A stretch of DNA of 64,000 nt from NCBI GenBank assembly GCA_965112735.1, contig OZ218965.1, positions 558,001 through 622,000 on the forward strand. Reading direction: 5' to 3'. Both the position numbers and the translations under genes were made by a program. Positions 1 to 13,219 of the stretch are shown here, one piece after another (position 1 is the first letter of the stretch; each line of letters opens with the position of its first letter). The DNA comes from Phaeosaccion multiseriatum (lineage: Eukaryota; Protista; Ochrophyta, other classes). The notes below the pieces were generated by a model that saw only the letters and a list, made by a program, of their open reading frames with translations, ran no database searches and was not told the DNA's origin.

Positions 1-1
1 G

Positions 2-472
2 TTTTCCACCCTTCACGTCGCCGTACTGGCAGGCGCCTCGCATCCGAGTGCGCTCGCGGAGGAGACCGTTTTGGAGAAGATGAGTTTTAGCGTGGGACAT
101 GCGCCTGCTATGGAACCGAGCGTGCTGGAGGTGGTCGTCATAGTGCCGCCAAATTCCACCGTCGTTGTGGGCCTCCAGCTTTGGAAGCGGTTTCTGAAAC
201 TGGAGGACTTCCCACCCGATCCCAGCAGAGGATGGGATGTCACCGGCCCCATGGCCTGGGTGGAAGGCGTGGGCGAATGGGGCGCGCCTTCCCCTCATTA
301 CATTGCCTTTGGGGGAACAAGTACTATAGATGTGCCCCAACCGGACTTCAGCATGCCTTTCAACGTCATTACTCTCACGAGCACCCTCATTGCATTCTTC
401 CTGGGCACGACGGTGAACGTGCTGGTGCGGAAATCCCATACTGGAAGAAAGCTCAGCAAGGCCGGCCAGTGA
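2..472 (+). CDS. PIGT: GPI transamidase component PIG-T/Gpi16, 3' end (gene starts before the window)
   Basis: Frame open from base 2 to the stop at 472. Contains 'DFPPDPSRGWDV' and the PIG-T C-terminal signature 'PDFSMPFNVITLTST', followed by a TM helix and a basic tail. Confidence 0.85.
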   Translation, partial: FSTLHVAVLAGASHPSALAEETVLEKMSFSVGHAPAMEPSVLEVVVIVPPNSTVVVGLQLWKRFLKLEDFPPDPSRGWDVTGPMAWVEGVGEWGAPSPHYIAFGGTSTIDVPQPDFSMPFNVITLTSTLIAFFLGTTVNVLVRKSHTGRKLSKAGQ

Positions 473-524
473 GTGGCCCACCTGAGAGTCTGAGAAACCC
501 GCAGGACCGAGAATATAAAAACCT

Positions 525-1267
525 CTATACATCAACAAAGGAAAGGCTGCTTCCGTCACTCGCCGAAGGGGCAAGCTCACGGCTCAGGTCATACTCAGTG
601 AGGCTATGAAGTTGGTTGTTCTCCCCTTCCTCCTCCTCTAACTCCTCTCTGTCGTCCAAGGCGTGAACACTCGCGGGCATGGTGAGGGGAGAGAGTTCGG
701 CGTGCTCCTCATGGTTGTCGTCGTATGTGGCGGAGTCGTCTCCCGTCTCCCTTTTGAGCTGCAGCAGTGCCTCAGTGCCAGGCACAGAGGCCTCCGACGA
801 CCACCCCTCCGACGCTGACGCCTGCCCTCCCTCGGAACTGGTCGCCCCGTGGAGAAGTGGGGCGTGCACGTTGACTGTTGCTGAGGTGGTGCTGAGCGAC
901 ACGCCACCTGCTGTATCAGACCCTTTGCTTTCTTCGACCCCCTCGTCCAAGTGTTGTCGTCGGGCGTGAGCATTACTCACAATCGCATCGCCTCCCAGCC
1001 GCTGCCCTCTTGCTCGCTCCAGCTGCTCTTGTTGCTCCAGCAGAAGGTGTGGCTTGGGGTCGAAGCGAATTTCTCTGTCGAGGAGAGATTTGGCAAGCTG
1101 CTCCAATCGAAGTATCTCCTCGGCCAAGTTCTCATCATTGTCACTGTCGTCATCATCATACCGACTAAGCAAGCTTCTGGTGCTCCCGCTGACGCTTGCG
1201 CTGGGAGTGGTGTTATGGCTTGAGGGGGGGGGGGGCAGCAAGGGGCTGCGATTCTTGCTACTGCTGC

Positions 1268-1316
<49 letters not shown>

Positions 1317-4275
1317 GTTCGATTCGATCGCTGATTGCAGGCGTTGCATCCATACACCCACATCTGCCTCGCGTTGCAAGTCGGTGACTCCACCGCCGTC
1401 CTGCCGATGATGTACTTGCTCGTCCACGTCGGATCCAGAACTGGGGTAGTGCTGCTGTGATGACCGCAGACCATCCGTCGTATTCCTGTCGAGAAGCGAG
1501 CGAAACTCTAGCTCCATGTCCTCGGGGATGGACGGTGTGGATGATGCGACACTTGCTGGCGAGAACGGAGGCAGGGGCCCGAGGGAAGAAGCCGACGAGG
1601 ATATGCTCGACGGCGGAGGGGGCACGGAAATCTTAGACGGAGACGACGCCTTTGAGCCAGACTCATCCTCCTGTGAGCCAGACTCACCCTCCTGTGAGCC
1701 AGACTCATCCTCCTGTGAGCCAGACTCACCCTCCTGTGAGCCAGACTCACCCTCCTGTGAGCCAGACTCATCTTCCTGTGAGCCAGACTCATCCTCCTGT
1801 GAGCCAGACTCACCCTCCTGTGAGCCAGACTCACCCTCCTCCTCTCTTGTGCTGTCCTTGCCCTGCTGCCGCTGCTGCTGCTCAGATATGCTCCTCGTGC
1901 TGGTGCCAGGGCTCGTGCCGCTACTCGCAAGGGAAGGCCCAAGCGAGGGTACGCTGCTTCCGCTGCTTTCGCTGCTGCCACTCTTTGAAGCAGGATGGGC
2001 AAGATCAGTCTCAACCGCAAGCAGACTCTTGCGCTTGGACTTCGACTTTGGCATCGCAGTGGTCGAAGACTGAGCACACATTCGCTCTTCGTCTAAAAGT
2101 GGTCGGTCGTGCCGAGCAACGCTGGTGGCCTGACTGCTAAGCGTGTTCGGATCCGGAAAAAGTGAAAAGGAGATGGCCCTTAAACTTGCGTCCGCCGCGA
2201 CAGCAGCAGCGTTGTCTCGCAGGAAGCGTTCTTCTGGTGGGTCGATAGCAAGAAGTGGTGCGCAGCCGTCTCCGTAGCCCAAATCGCTTTGATTATAAAT
2301 CGCAGGCGTGTCCGGGAGACCGGTAGCGGAGCCCATCGCAGGGCTGGAGAGGGAAGACACCGCAGACTGGTGATCGGAAGTCAAGGACGCTCTGAGTGCC
2401 TCAGCCAAGCTACCAGGGAAGCTGGACAGGCCATTAGCTGGTGCTCCTCCTCCTGTCTCACTGGTGCTCAAACTGTCTGACTTGCCGCTGTCAGCGACGC
2501 TGCCTCTGCTGTTGCGGCCGCTGTCAGGTGGGGTGCCATCTCCGCCTTTCCCTGGCAGTAGAAGCTCATGCACCTTGTCATAGCCCAGCCCTTCGTTGAC
2601 GATGCAACTCCAGGCCCCCTCGTCCTCCTCTGAGTTGTCCTCGCCCTCGTCTGTAAGTCGCTGCCCAATATCGTGCTCTCCGATGGCACCACAGTCCGCG
2701 TCTTCGGTGCTTTGCTCCAGCCCTTCTTCGCCCTCTGCATCAACCCATTCCAAGGCAGTGGGGGGGGGCGCAAGACCACTCCCCAGCGTCCCTACAGAAA
2801 CGCCACCGCTGCTGCTACCGACGCCTTTGGGGGATTCCTTGGTCACACCAGCACCAGCCGCAGAGGCAGTCATGGACGTAATGGTCGCGGGAATCCCACG
2901 CGCAGCTGCCAACATTTGCTCAAAGGCGGCAAGGGCAGCCTGTCGCTCCTGCTTGGCTTCCGTAGATCTCCTCTCCAAGCTCTGCTCACTCCTCATAGCG
3001 GCCAGATTGGCCACAGCAGCAAGCTTGCCTGTGGAGAGAGATGGTGGTGCGCACGTATTGAGTTCGTTTGTCCAAACGTGTACGACAGGGGGAGGAGGGG
3101 GGCTAAGCAATGAACCAATGTACGTGGGGCTCGATTCCGTACCTCGCCGCCCCTCCCGCTGCAATGCCTCGAGTCGCTCCATTTCGTCCCGAAGCTGCCG
3201 CGCAGCCTGCTCGTCGTGCCACTCCCCCCGCGCTGCCTGACCCCTGCGCTTCTCCGCCTCGGCAGCATGCAGCGCGTGTGCAGCCTTGTCTGCTGCCACC
3301 CTCTCGGCGTTCGCCAGGTACTCGGGCGCATCATTTGTAAGAGGAGCGCAGGCCCCCGAGCCCTGCGGTCCGTGTCGTACCACGGCAGCGAGAGTGCGGG
3401 AGGGCAGACAGTCTTCGGGCCGCAAGCCGCTCTCCTGCACAGGACGGAACGAGAAAACCTACTGAGTGGAATGCGGAGTGTTCGTGTTAAGAGTAAACCC
3501 ACAGGAGCGCACCTTTGTGACGTGTCGATGGGACATCATCTCTCCTACTTGCCGGCGCGTGCTTTCCAACGCCTCTCGCCGCTTCCTCTCCAGTCTCTCA
3601 TTTTCGGCCAGGGCCGCTTTTCGACGCTCGGCATTCACTGCTGCGGCGTGCCGGCACTCGATTCCGTGTTCACGCCGCCTTTCCTGCCTCGCGTATGCTG
3701 CTCCCATAAGAAGGAAGGGAAAAGAAAGACGGCTGAGAAGAGAAAGGATGGGGGGGTGGGGGTCTTGGGATGGAAGTCGTACCTTGCTCGTGCGGTCTCG
3801 CAGCAGCAGCCAGCTCGAGCCGAAGCTCGCCTTCGGCCACTCGGGCCCTATCCTTCGCAGCTTTCTGAGCCTGCGCACTCTTGTCGGCCTGGACACGGGT
3901 GTCATACCTGGCCTGAACCACTGCGGCGGTGCCGTCCCGATGAGCCCCCCCCACATTCAACAGAACCTGCTGCAACTTTGAGTGCATGGACTTGACGTGA
4001 ACCATCTTTTCTCTTTCAAAGCTTTGTTGTTTCACTTGCAAAGCAGAGTCCCTCGCCGCCCTCTTGCAAGCCCGGTACGTCTCCCGTCGGGCAGCCGCCT
4101 GTTGTTTGGCTTGCTCCCGAACTTGCAACAGCCTCTGCACACGCAGCTGTTTCTCCATCTCCAGCTTCAGCTCCCTCCGCTCCTGCACGGAGAGACGGAT
4201 AGTCCCGTGCCCCCCATGGGAAGGAGCGAACCCATTCGGACCCATCACGTGGTGGAAGGTCTCTTTCAAAGGCAT
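525..4275 (-). CDS. CEP295/Ana1-like centriolar coiled-coil protein with long disordered tail (3 exons: 4275-3783, ~3697-3513, 3434-525)
   Basis: ATG at 4275. GT-AG introns join the three ORFs in frame. The N-terminus 'IRLSVQERR..LRVQRLLQVREQ..LQQVLLNVGGAHR' resembles the CEP295 N-terminal motif (RLS..E..RLLQVREQ..L..MG..HR). The rest is S/E-rich low-complexity sequence. Confidence 0.55.
1258..1311. repeat. (CTG)n microsatellite encoding poly-Ser on the minus strand
   Basis: Visible ctg run within the 525-3440 ORF. Confidence 0.9.
1652..1842. repeat. 21-bp coding minisatellite, ~9 copies (ESGSQE[G/D])
   Basis: Unit tgtgagccagactca(t/c)cctcc repeated in tandem. The peptide repeat is visible in the 971-aa ORF. 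Confidence 0.9.
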
Positions 4276-4427
4276 TAATTCAAACAGCCTCTTCGAAGAA
4301 CCAACAGCGTTTGACTCACAGACAGCAGCAGCGCTGAGTTGAGTTCGCTCTTCTATAGTACAAGGCCTGGCTCCGTCGCTCCGCCTTGCCTCTATGTAGA
4401 AGCAGCAGCAGCAGTAGTTACAGCAGG

Positions 4428-6183
4428 ATGGAAACTGACACACAGTGTAAGTCCTGTCGCTCACCCTCCTCCTTACCCCCTCTTCATTGCTCACTCTTCG
4501 AACCTCCCTCCATGCCCGCTTCCTCTCACCCCTCCCAGATACGGTCAAGACCTGTCTGTTTTTCAACCGAAGAGTGCCCATTCTCTGTCAAGGCGTCAAT
4601 GGACCATGTCCTTTACTCGCTCTTTGCAACGTCCTGCTCCTTCAAAACAGCTTGTCTTTGCACCCCGACTCCCCGTCTGTGTCACTTCGTGTGCTAACAC
4701 AGATGGTGGCGGAGCGTGTTCTAGAGGTGGGTCCAGGATTGCTTGGAGGAAGATGGGGCTGCTGTCATCTTACGCCTCCCCTCGACCTACAGGCCAACCC
4801 TTTGTCGGAGGACCCCTCTATTGCGGCGAATCAGCAGCAGCAGATCCAAGCTGTGCTCAGCGTGCTGCCCAAGCTCCAGCATGGCCTGGACGTCAATGTT
4901 ACCTTCAACAGCCCTTCTGGCTTTGAGTTCACTCCGGAGATGGCACCCTTTGACATGCTGGGGATCAGCCTGATGCACGCGTGGCTCCTCGACCCTCAGG
5001 ATGTCAACACCGCCAGAGAGATTGGCTCAAAGTCGTACAATGAGTTGATTTGTGGGCTGGTGGAGTATAGGGCGGCCTTGCAAGAGTTGCAGGAGAGAGG
5101 AAGGATTGTTGATAGTGTGGAGCAAGGAGCCAAAGGGAAGAAGGTTGAGGAGGAGGAGGAGGAGGAGGAGGAGGAGGAGGAGGAGGAGGAGGAGGAGGGG
5201 GAGGAGAGTGAGCAAGCGGACAGCACATCGATGGGAAACACAGAGACCCGGACGCACACAGAAATTGAGTCATCTCAGACCAATGAGGAGGCGAGTGAGC
5301 ACGCCATGGAAGTCACAGAGGCCCAGGCGAGCACCGAGAGTGAGTCTATTCAGATCAGCCCGGAAGCGTTGCACGGGGGGCAGCTGGTGGAGCAGTTCCT
5401 CAGCTCGACGGCGAGTCAGCTCACAACGCATGGGCTGCTAGAGTTGACTCAATCAGTAAAGCCCAACCAGCTGGCCGTTTTCTTCAGAAACAATGTGAGT
5501 ACACGTACGCCTCAGATTCCCACCCCACTCCCATACACGTATTCATTTCCACTCTCACCTCTCGTCTCTCTCATTCTCTCTCCTTTGGTCTCCTTCTCTC
5601 ACCCGCGCCCTCCCCACAGCACTTCTCGACGCTATTCAAGTATGAGGGATCCCTCTACCTTCTCGTGACTGACCAGGGGTATGCACACCGGCCATCCGTG
5701 GTTTGGGAAAGACTCAATTCAATTGATGGGGATACAGAGCTAGTGGACAGCTACTTTCAGAGAAGCGATGCGGTTGACAGCATCGGCCCAAGCGGGCAAC
5801 AGGACGAGGACTTGGCCAGAGCCATTGGACTATCGCAGGCGGAGGCAGATTCAGCAGCAGGGTTAAGAGGGCCAGAAGCCGAGTACGAGTATCAGCAGCA
5901 GCCGCAGCCGCCGCAGCCGCCGCCACTGGGCCCACAGTCGCCGCCGGGTATGACCGACGAGGAGTACGCGAAGGCTGTGCATGCGCAAGAGCGAGAGCGG
6001 GCACAGGCGCAGTCCCTTGAGGCCCTTGTGAGGAGCGACGAGGAAACTGCGCGGGCTATACAGCGCGAGGAAGACCTCAACTGGAGAAGGCGACAGGAGC
6101 AAGTCCCCCGGCGTCGACGCTTGCAAGAGCCACAGCCGCAGTCGCAGGGCCGGCGAGGGAGCAGCAACTGTTCAGTCAGCTAG
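4428..6183 (+). CDS. MINDY1: MINDY-1/2 (FAM63) family K48 deubiquitinase
   Basis: ATG 4428, then a gtaag..cag intron. Catalytic 'CQGVNGPCPLLALCN', 'LMHAWLLDPQ', and 'VFFRNN|HFSTL' across an intron. UIM/MIU-like helices (DEDLARAIGLS, DEEYAKAV, DEETARAIQ). Ends in CaaX-like 'CSVS*'. Confidence 0.92.
5146..5199. repeat. (GAG)n poly-Glu tract in MINDY
   Basis: Visible gag run. Confidence 0.9.
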
Positions 6184-6596
6184 GCCAGAAGGGCCTGTAG
6201 ATACGTGTATTGTATGTAGAAGACAAGTCTTTTCCCGAAAAGTGAATTAACACATGGCACCCCACAGCTGATCTCCGCACCTCCGAACACCCGCACCTTG
6301 CTACGCCGAAGGCATGAGGAATGCGCCATGACAAACACCCCCCTCACTTAGTCTTGTCCAACACACCGCACGGCCCCCAGAGAGCAGAGCGGGAGGGCTG
6401 CATGGCATCTGATGGCACCTGCCCCCTCTCCTGCCCCGCGAAAACGTCCAGTGCCCCGCCTCACCCTGGCCGCCTGCTCTGGTAGGAACAAGATGCGCTG
6501 CGCCCTCCACAGAAGCCCGTCGGATCCGGCCAGCCCGCCACTCAGCCCGCCGCTCGCTCGGCTCAGCAAGGGAACTATAGTGGGAGATCCTGCACT

Positions 6597-8597
6597 TCAA
6601 GTGGTAGCTTCTGGCTTCGCTGGCTTCGAAGCCTCGGCATGCTCTTCCCCCAGCGTCGCAAGGCCGCGATTTCCCAGGGCAATGGCTGCCTCAAGCACAG
6701 ACTGCGAGGAGCAAGGATCCGATGGTGAGGTTCGAGAGGGTCATGCAACAGTGTTCCCTCAGGGTCATGCAAAAGAAACTCGGCCCCTCTCCTTACCTCC
6801 AGGTGCTCGCATGTCAGATGTTTGTGAAGGGAAATGAGGGGAACTGTGTGCAGATGGTCTCCTCTGTGTGTGGGGTGCTTGTCTACTCCGGGTGTGAAGA
6901 GGATCTCCCCTCGGAAGCGCTGAGGGTCATCTGCGGCCTTGGTGGAGTCTTCGAACACCCTGATCACGAAGGAGGTGAGATAGCACATCTCCTGCATGTC
7001 TCCAATCTGCGTGCCCACGCGCAACACGGCGCCGTTTGTACGATTAGATTGGGGTAATTAGGCGCCAGTTGAAGTAGCAGGAGCAGCAGCAGCAGCAGCA
7101 GTAGCAGGAGGAGAGTATTCATACCTTTTTAATGGCCTCCTTGGTGCACAGCGGCTCCATGCCATCAATCGGGAAGCGGAGAATGTTGAGCAAGGTGTGC
7201 AAGTGGCTCTCGCTGGTGAAGTACAAACGGGTGCGCACTCGGCGCTCTAGGCTGTTGATGGTGAGGTCTTCTGCGTGGCTGCTGTCCAGATTGTAACTGC
7301 CAAGCAAGACGGTGAGGGAGGGGGGGGGGGGACTTCAGGCGCCTGGCAGCAAACAGGGCACGGAGCGTGGAGCCCGCCACTCACCGCATGTCGCTGGCGT
7401 TCGAGGACCGTCCTATGATGAGGTCTTTCCTCATCTTCTCCAGAAGGGCGTTGCACATCTTGCTGCCAATGTGCAGCTTCTCGTCCACCTGGTGAGGGGG
7501 GTGGAGGAAGAGCTAGTCAGTCACCATCATGAGAGGGTAGCAGCAGCAGCAGCAGCAGCAGTCGCCATCCCTCTCTCATAGACGCGCCGCCCCACTTACC
7601 GTCATGCCGTACTCCTGCGGCACAACGTAGTCGGCAATGTCCTTCGCAATGTCGTACAGCTTGCTCATGCCCTGGGGGGGGGAGGGGTCATGGCGTGTCC
7701 TTTGTTGAGACAGAAGCAAAGAGAGCTCTGATTCTGTGTGCGTGGCAACTTACTCTGAGACCGAGGTGCGCGTTGTGCAGCGCGTCGTATCTGACGGTAT
7801 CGTGCACGTCGGGCAGCTTGGTGACGTCGAACTTGTCCTTCTTGGCGTCGTAAAGCTCCTTCAGGAGCGTGCGCCACCGGTCCAGGGCGAGCATCAGCGA
7901 CTAGCGCAAAGGCAGGCGTGAAGGTGGGGTCGAGTAGCAGCAGCAGAACAAAAGGTCAGTACCCCTCTGAGTATAGCGAGTGGCGCAGCACACACAGAGG
8001 GGGGAGCTCTCACCTCGCCCCTGGCAGGCTGCCCAGGCCCTAGCTTCTCGTCCGCGTCGTCTTGGCTGGCGTGAGGCCGCGTCTCCCACTCAATAGAGCT
8101 GCTGCGCCGGACCTTTCCCTCCGACTCAGGGCTGGTGGCAGACGCAAGGACTTTGGCTTTGAGTGCGAGATACAAGAGAGCTACAAGAAAGAGACTACAG
8201 CACGCCGATACCCCACCTGTTGGAACCATGGGGAGGCAGGCTCTCCAGCATTGCGTCCTCCTCAAGAGCCTCTTTGGACAGGCAGTAGCTGCGGCGACAG
8301 CAAGGGGGGTAAGGGCTCGTAAGCAGTGCCCCATGCGCAAACAAACCGTACTTATCTCGCCTCACTGACTAACCGAACCTCGTCGTCCCCCCGGTCCTGC
8401 TCCCTCCGGAAGGCCTCCACCCGTCCGTAGGCGTTGGGGTCAGGGTAGGCCAGCACGAGCTCCTCGAGTTGCTGCACGATGTCCGCCATCATGAGGCGCA
8501 TCTCCGTCAACTTCTTGTAGGGGTTCCTGCCACCAGAGGGGAGGGGCGGCAGTGGACACGTGTGGGTGTGAGGGTCAGTGTGGGTGTGAGTGTGGGT

Positions 8598-8660
<63 letters not shown>

Positions 8661-11600
8661 GGTGTGTGAGTGTGTGAGTGGGTGTGTCGGTGCGGAGCAT
8701 ATCTTACTTGATCTTCCTGAGGGCCTTGATGACGCTGCGCTGCCCCGCTGGACAGAACTTGGCGATGTTCTCATCCGTGGTGAGGTCCATGTCTGTGTTC
8801 AGCACGTTCTCGCTGCATGCACGAAGTCACGCGGGGGGGGGGGGCGAATGAGAGAAGGAATGCCACCCCGTCCCCGGTGGGTCGGCTCTGACTCACTCAC
8901 AAGTCCACTCACAGTCCACTCACAAGTCCACTCACAGTATCTTCTTCTGGTGCGCGAGGTGGTCTTTTAGGAGGATGTCTTTGTTGCCGCTGTGGTCCAG
9001 CATGAGGTTGGCCTTATCTTTGTGCACCAGAGACACAAGGAGCGGGGTGAGCTCGCCCTCCAGCTCCAGGAAACCCTTACTGATCGGACAGGACAGCACA
9101 TGCGAGAGAGGTGGAGAGATTGGATGCGTGAGTGCCAAGCTTTCCCCTGAATCCGCCCCTCCCCCCCCCCCTCGCTTCCATTCCGACTGACCTGAAGGCC
9201 GCCGCAGTTTTCATGACCCTTCCCTCGTCTGACGTAGTGATCTTCAAGTCGTGCCGGAAGGTGCTGTGTAGTCTCAGCAGTCCACCCCCACCTACCGAAT
9301 AGAATTTGAATTTGCACCGTAGACTCTCTTGAGCTGGGGGTCTGAGGCACACACACACACAAGACCTACCTGAAATATCAGGGTAGACGATCTTCCGGAA
9401 GTGGTTCCCAAGCTCTATGGCCTGCCTCGCCCCTAGGGAAGTGAGCTCCCCACCCCTGAGTTCGTTGAAAGGGGAGGGATGGGGGCGATCAAAAGAGGGA
9501 GGTGAGCCGCCGATCGATCCACAGAGCGAGGGCTACCGAGGACGAGGAGTATCGCTCCCTTCAGTCTACGCACCACTTAAGGACAAGCTGGAGCTGCGTG
9601 GCCTTGACCCTTTTCTTGCTCTTGTCCGCCGCCGCTGCCTCGGCCTCGGCCTCTTCCTCTCGCTCCCTCGTAGTGGACGCTCTTCGCGTCGACGTGCCCC
9701 CCCCCCCCGTGTCCACAAAGAGCGATATTGACTCCATAGAAGACGTCCTTTTCATCGCCTTGTCCGCCTCATCCTGCAACTCCTCGCCCTCCTCCTCCCC
9801 CCCCTCCTCCTCTTCGGGAAGTACCTCCCAGGTGGTCGGCTTGAGCTGAAGCTTGCGATTGATGCCCGTAATCTTCCAGCGCTCCAGCACATGCCGAATG
9901 TTGTAGAGATTGGTCTTAGTCTGCTCGTCGCATTGCTGAGTGGTCCCCCCTGGGGCGTCTTGTCCCTCCCCGCCCTCCCCACTCGGTGGAGAGGCCTCGA
10001 GCCGCTCCAGCAGCGCCACTGTGACGCTGAGGAACTCGCGCAGGCCGTGCTTGTGCTTCACCTTGAGCTCCTTTGTGTGGTCACTGGAGTGTCTGTGGTA
10101 GTAATCAAGGTAGGGTTGCAACGCCACCTACGAAACACATTGCAGAAGAGGAGAAGAGAGAAGGAAAGGGCGTGTCATTGGTCTCCCTCCTCTCCCCCAA
10201 GAGCGAGAGGCACCACCACCAGCAGCAGCAGCAGCATGCACCTTCATCTTCATCTTCTGTTTGGGCGTGCGGTCTCCATGCCTCGTGACAGCAATCACGC
10301 ACAGGAGCTCCTCTGGATGCGCCCTCGCCGGCGTGCTCCCAGTGTCTTGAGTGCCACTTTGCCCCTCAGAAGCGTCCGCCTTGCGCTTGCCTCTCTTATC
10401 TCCGAATCCATTGGAGCTGCCGTCTGAGCTCATGTACTCATTCACGTCTCTCTCCCCGCCCCGTGTGGCTTTCCAGACCAAAGGCGAGCCTTCTCGAGCT
10501 GCACGCTCTTGCCGTTCCACTCGATCCTCCGGCCCTCCCTTCGCTGCCTCCCCAGGACCACGAGTCGGGGGAGACGCGGGGCTCGCTGACCCCGGGGGAG
10601 GGCTGACGCTTCCCCGACAGCTCAGGCCGCCTCCAGCACTGGTACCACGACTGCCGCCCGAGGGGAAGAAGAAAGATGGCAAGCACCCGATGAACACAAA
10701 GCCTTATGCAGGGTTCTCAGCAAATACAGAGCGCAAGGGACGGGGGGTTAACAGTACCTGTCCAAAGAAGAAGCACTGCTCGGGGAGGCGCGGCGGCTGA
10801 TGGAGCCTCGGGCATACTTGAGCAAGGGGGCAGCAGCACTGGGAGGGGCGGAGGGGTCGAGAGGAGAAGGGCATTAAGCAAAGGCCGAACGGTGAAGGAG
10901 GGGCGCGCTGCACTTGTCAGCAGCCGCCTACCTGAAGACTCTATTGTAGCTCGGCTTTACGGCGGCCTCCAAGAATTCGCACAGCAGCATGGCGCTGTCC
11001 TCGTTGTACCTGCGTTCGTCCGCCCGGGGCACCGCACGGCCAAAACGTCAGAGGGTCAAGGGACACGTGTGTCAGCAGAGAGGGTGGGCGACGGGCGAGA
11101 AGCAAGGGGCAAGGAGCAAGGGGCAAGGAACAGCTCACTCACTTTCTGCTGTTCTTGACGAAGCTCCAGCCGTTCACGTCGCACACGTAGCTCCTTCCGT
11201 CCACACGGAGAATGTCAAAGCCACACACGCACTGCTTGAATCCCAGCGTCACCCTCCGAGCCACTTCCTTCTCCTCCAGGGAGAGGATAATGGGGAAGCG
11301 TATCTCCTTGCCTTGGCTGTCACGATTCACCTGTTTGTATGTTTGTTTGTTTGGAGGGACAGCACAAAAACCAGTGTTGGGTCAGAGGAGGAGGAGGAGC
11401 AGGGCGACAAGACTCTCCTCTCTGTTTCGCACCTTTCCGTCCAGAGTGGGCGACTTTCTGGCCTCTGCGTGTCCGTAGTCAGTGCCGACGGTGTACACCT
11501 TGACGTCTGTGCCCTGCGTCTCTACAAAGGCCTCGTAGATGTAGCTCCCGTCCCGCCGAATGGAGTTCTCGTGTGCATAGAACTCACTGCTCTTGTCGCC

Positions 11601-12776
11601 CACCTGTGTTGTATGAGACGAGCGCGTCAGACAAGCGAAGAGGACCGCTCAAGCCGTGAACGAGTATAACCCGCTGCGCAGCGCAAAAGAGGGAGACGCC
11701 CGTCCACAGCGGTGCAAACGAACCTTTCTGAAGAGCCTCTTGCTCCCACCGCCGGCACTCATGGGGTAGTAAATGTAAATGTTGTGGTCCTCTGCGTTGA
11801 CGGGCTTCTCCACGAACGGCTTGCTAATCTTCACGCCATTAATCATGACGTATTCGTCGTACTCGCTGATGTCGAGGTCGTCAGGGTTGGAGCCATTATA
11901 CCCGTCCCTACTTGCGTACGCGTTGCGAGGCACTTCCACGTCAATCTCTCTGAGCTTGTCGTACACCTTCCGGCGGTCCTGAATCTCGCGCTGCGGGTGT
12001 TAGACCGCAGAGAGAGGGAGAAGACAGGAGAGTGACTTGAGCTTGGAGGCACAGCACACACGTAGCAGTCAAGAGAAGCAATAGCCTACCTGCATCCCTA
12101 GGTCATTGATCGTGTGGGGCTTCCTGAGCTCCACATACTTCTCAGCCTGCGGTGAGTATGCAGAGAGATGAGGCGGTTCAGAACATAGCAGCAGCAGCCT
12201 CCCGTTCGCTAACAACAGAGCATCGACTGGCAGGTTTTCTCTTTTCCCAGCCGCCTTCTCTGACCTTGTCAATGGGAAATCCGTCACTGTGAAAGGCGAT
12301 GAGAGCGTCCACCACAGGCCACTCTTCCACGTCCTTGTTCAGGATACAGTCGTCTCCAAATTGGACAACCTAGAAAAGGACCCACCCCCGGCAAGAACAG
12401 TCCATGTGTAAGAGCAGCAGCGAGTAAGGTTAGTGAATGTGCTAGGGTAAGAGAAAGAGGGGTTCATGGGAACAGAGTTGCTGCAGCGCCTTCCAGAGCG
12501 AACTCGAACCCTCCGATCAAGGGCTCCCTTGGCTTCTACCCAAGATTACGAGGACAGCTCCTGCTGCTGCCCTTGGCTCACCTCAAACTTCTTTGGGTCA
12601 AACTTGCTGAGTATGCGAAGCATGTGCGTGCTGGTTGCCTTCTTCTCTCGGGCGCAGATGCCCACTCGGATGATGCCATCTGACCTCGTGAGCGTTCCCC
12701 TCCACGATACCTCCTGCCCTGACCAGCTCACGCCGCGCAGGCTCGCCCCCCGCGCTTCGGGCCGGCCGCGCATCAT
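6597..12776 (-). CDS. PPIP5K: Inositol hexakisphosphate/diphosphoinositol-pentakisphosphate kinase (PPIP5K/VIP1), multi-exon
   Basis: N-terminal '[10 protein letters not shown]'. ATP-grasp '[29 protein letters not shown]', '[19 protein letters not shown]', '[20 protein letters not shown]'. His-phosphatase '[10 protein letters not shown]' and '[15 protein letters not shown]'. The last exon and stop (6597) were inferred by eye. Confidence 0.93.
8575..8690. repeat. (GT)n intronic microsatellite
   Basis: Visible gt run inside a PPIP5K intron. Confidence 0.9.
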
Positions 12777-13219
12777 ATTTAAATCCTTTCTAGCGCCTAA
12801 ATTGCTTCAATCGGGGTTGGAAGGCAAGCTACCTAGGAAACTCGGAAGGGTTGGGGGTGCTGATGAGGTTTATACAGGGAGAAATTTATCCCACATCGGA
12901 CAAACGCAGGAGTTTCTTCACGGCTCTCACCTGCTACTCGTGCGAAGATGCCGACAGGAGCGACGGAGTCAGGCCTTGGGAGCTGTTAGCGCTGGAGGGG
13001 GGGGTGCTTGCCTCACAGAAGGTGAGTGAGTTCGTGAGTTCTGTCCTAAAAGTAAAGTGTCCTTCCTGCCACCCCGTGCGGGAAACCCCATTTTGTACGA
13101 GTACAGAGCGAACATTGCTCGAGCACTTCGCTGTTGAACGGAGAGGGCCGGGAGAATTGTGCGGAATACGGGGTGAGGGAAGCTACCGAGTTTGGTGGGC
13201 CGCAACCCGACGCCGAGCT

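Noticed and set aside
6301-6600. Short ORFs between MINDY and PPIP5K
   Set aside because: No motifs; likely 3' UTR in GC-rich DNA, though an extra PPIP5K exon cannot be excluded.
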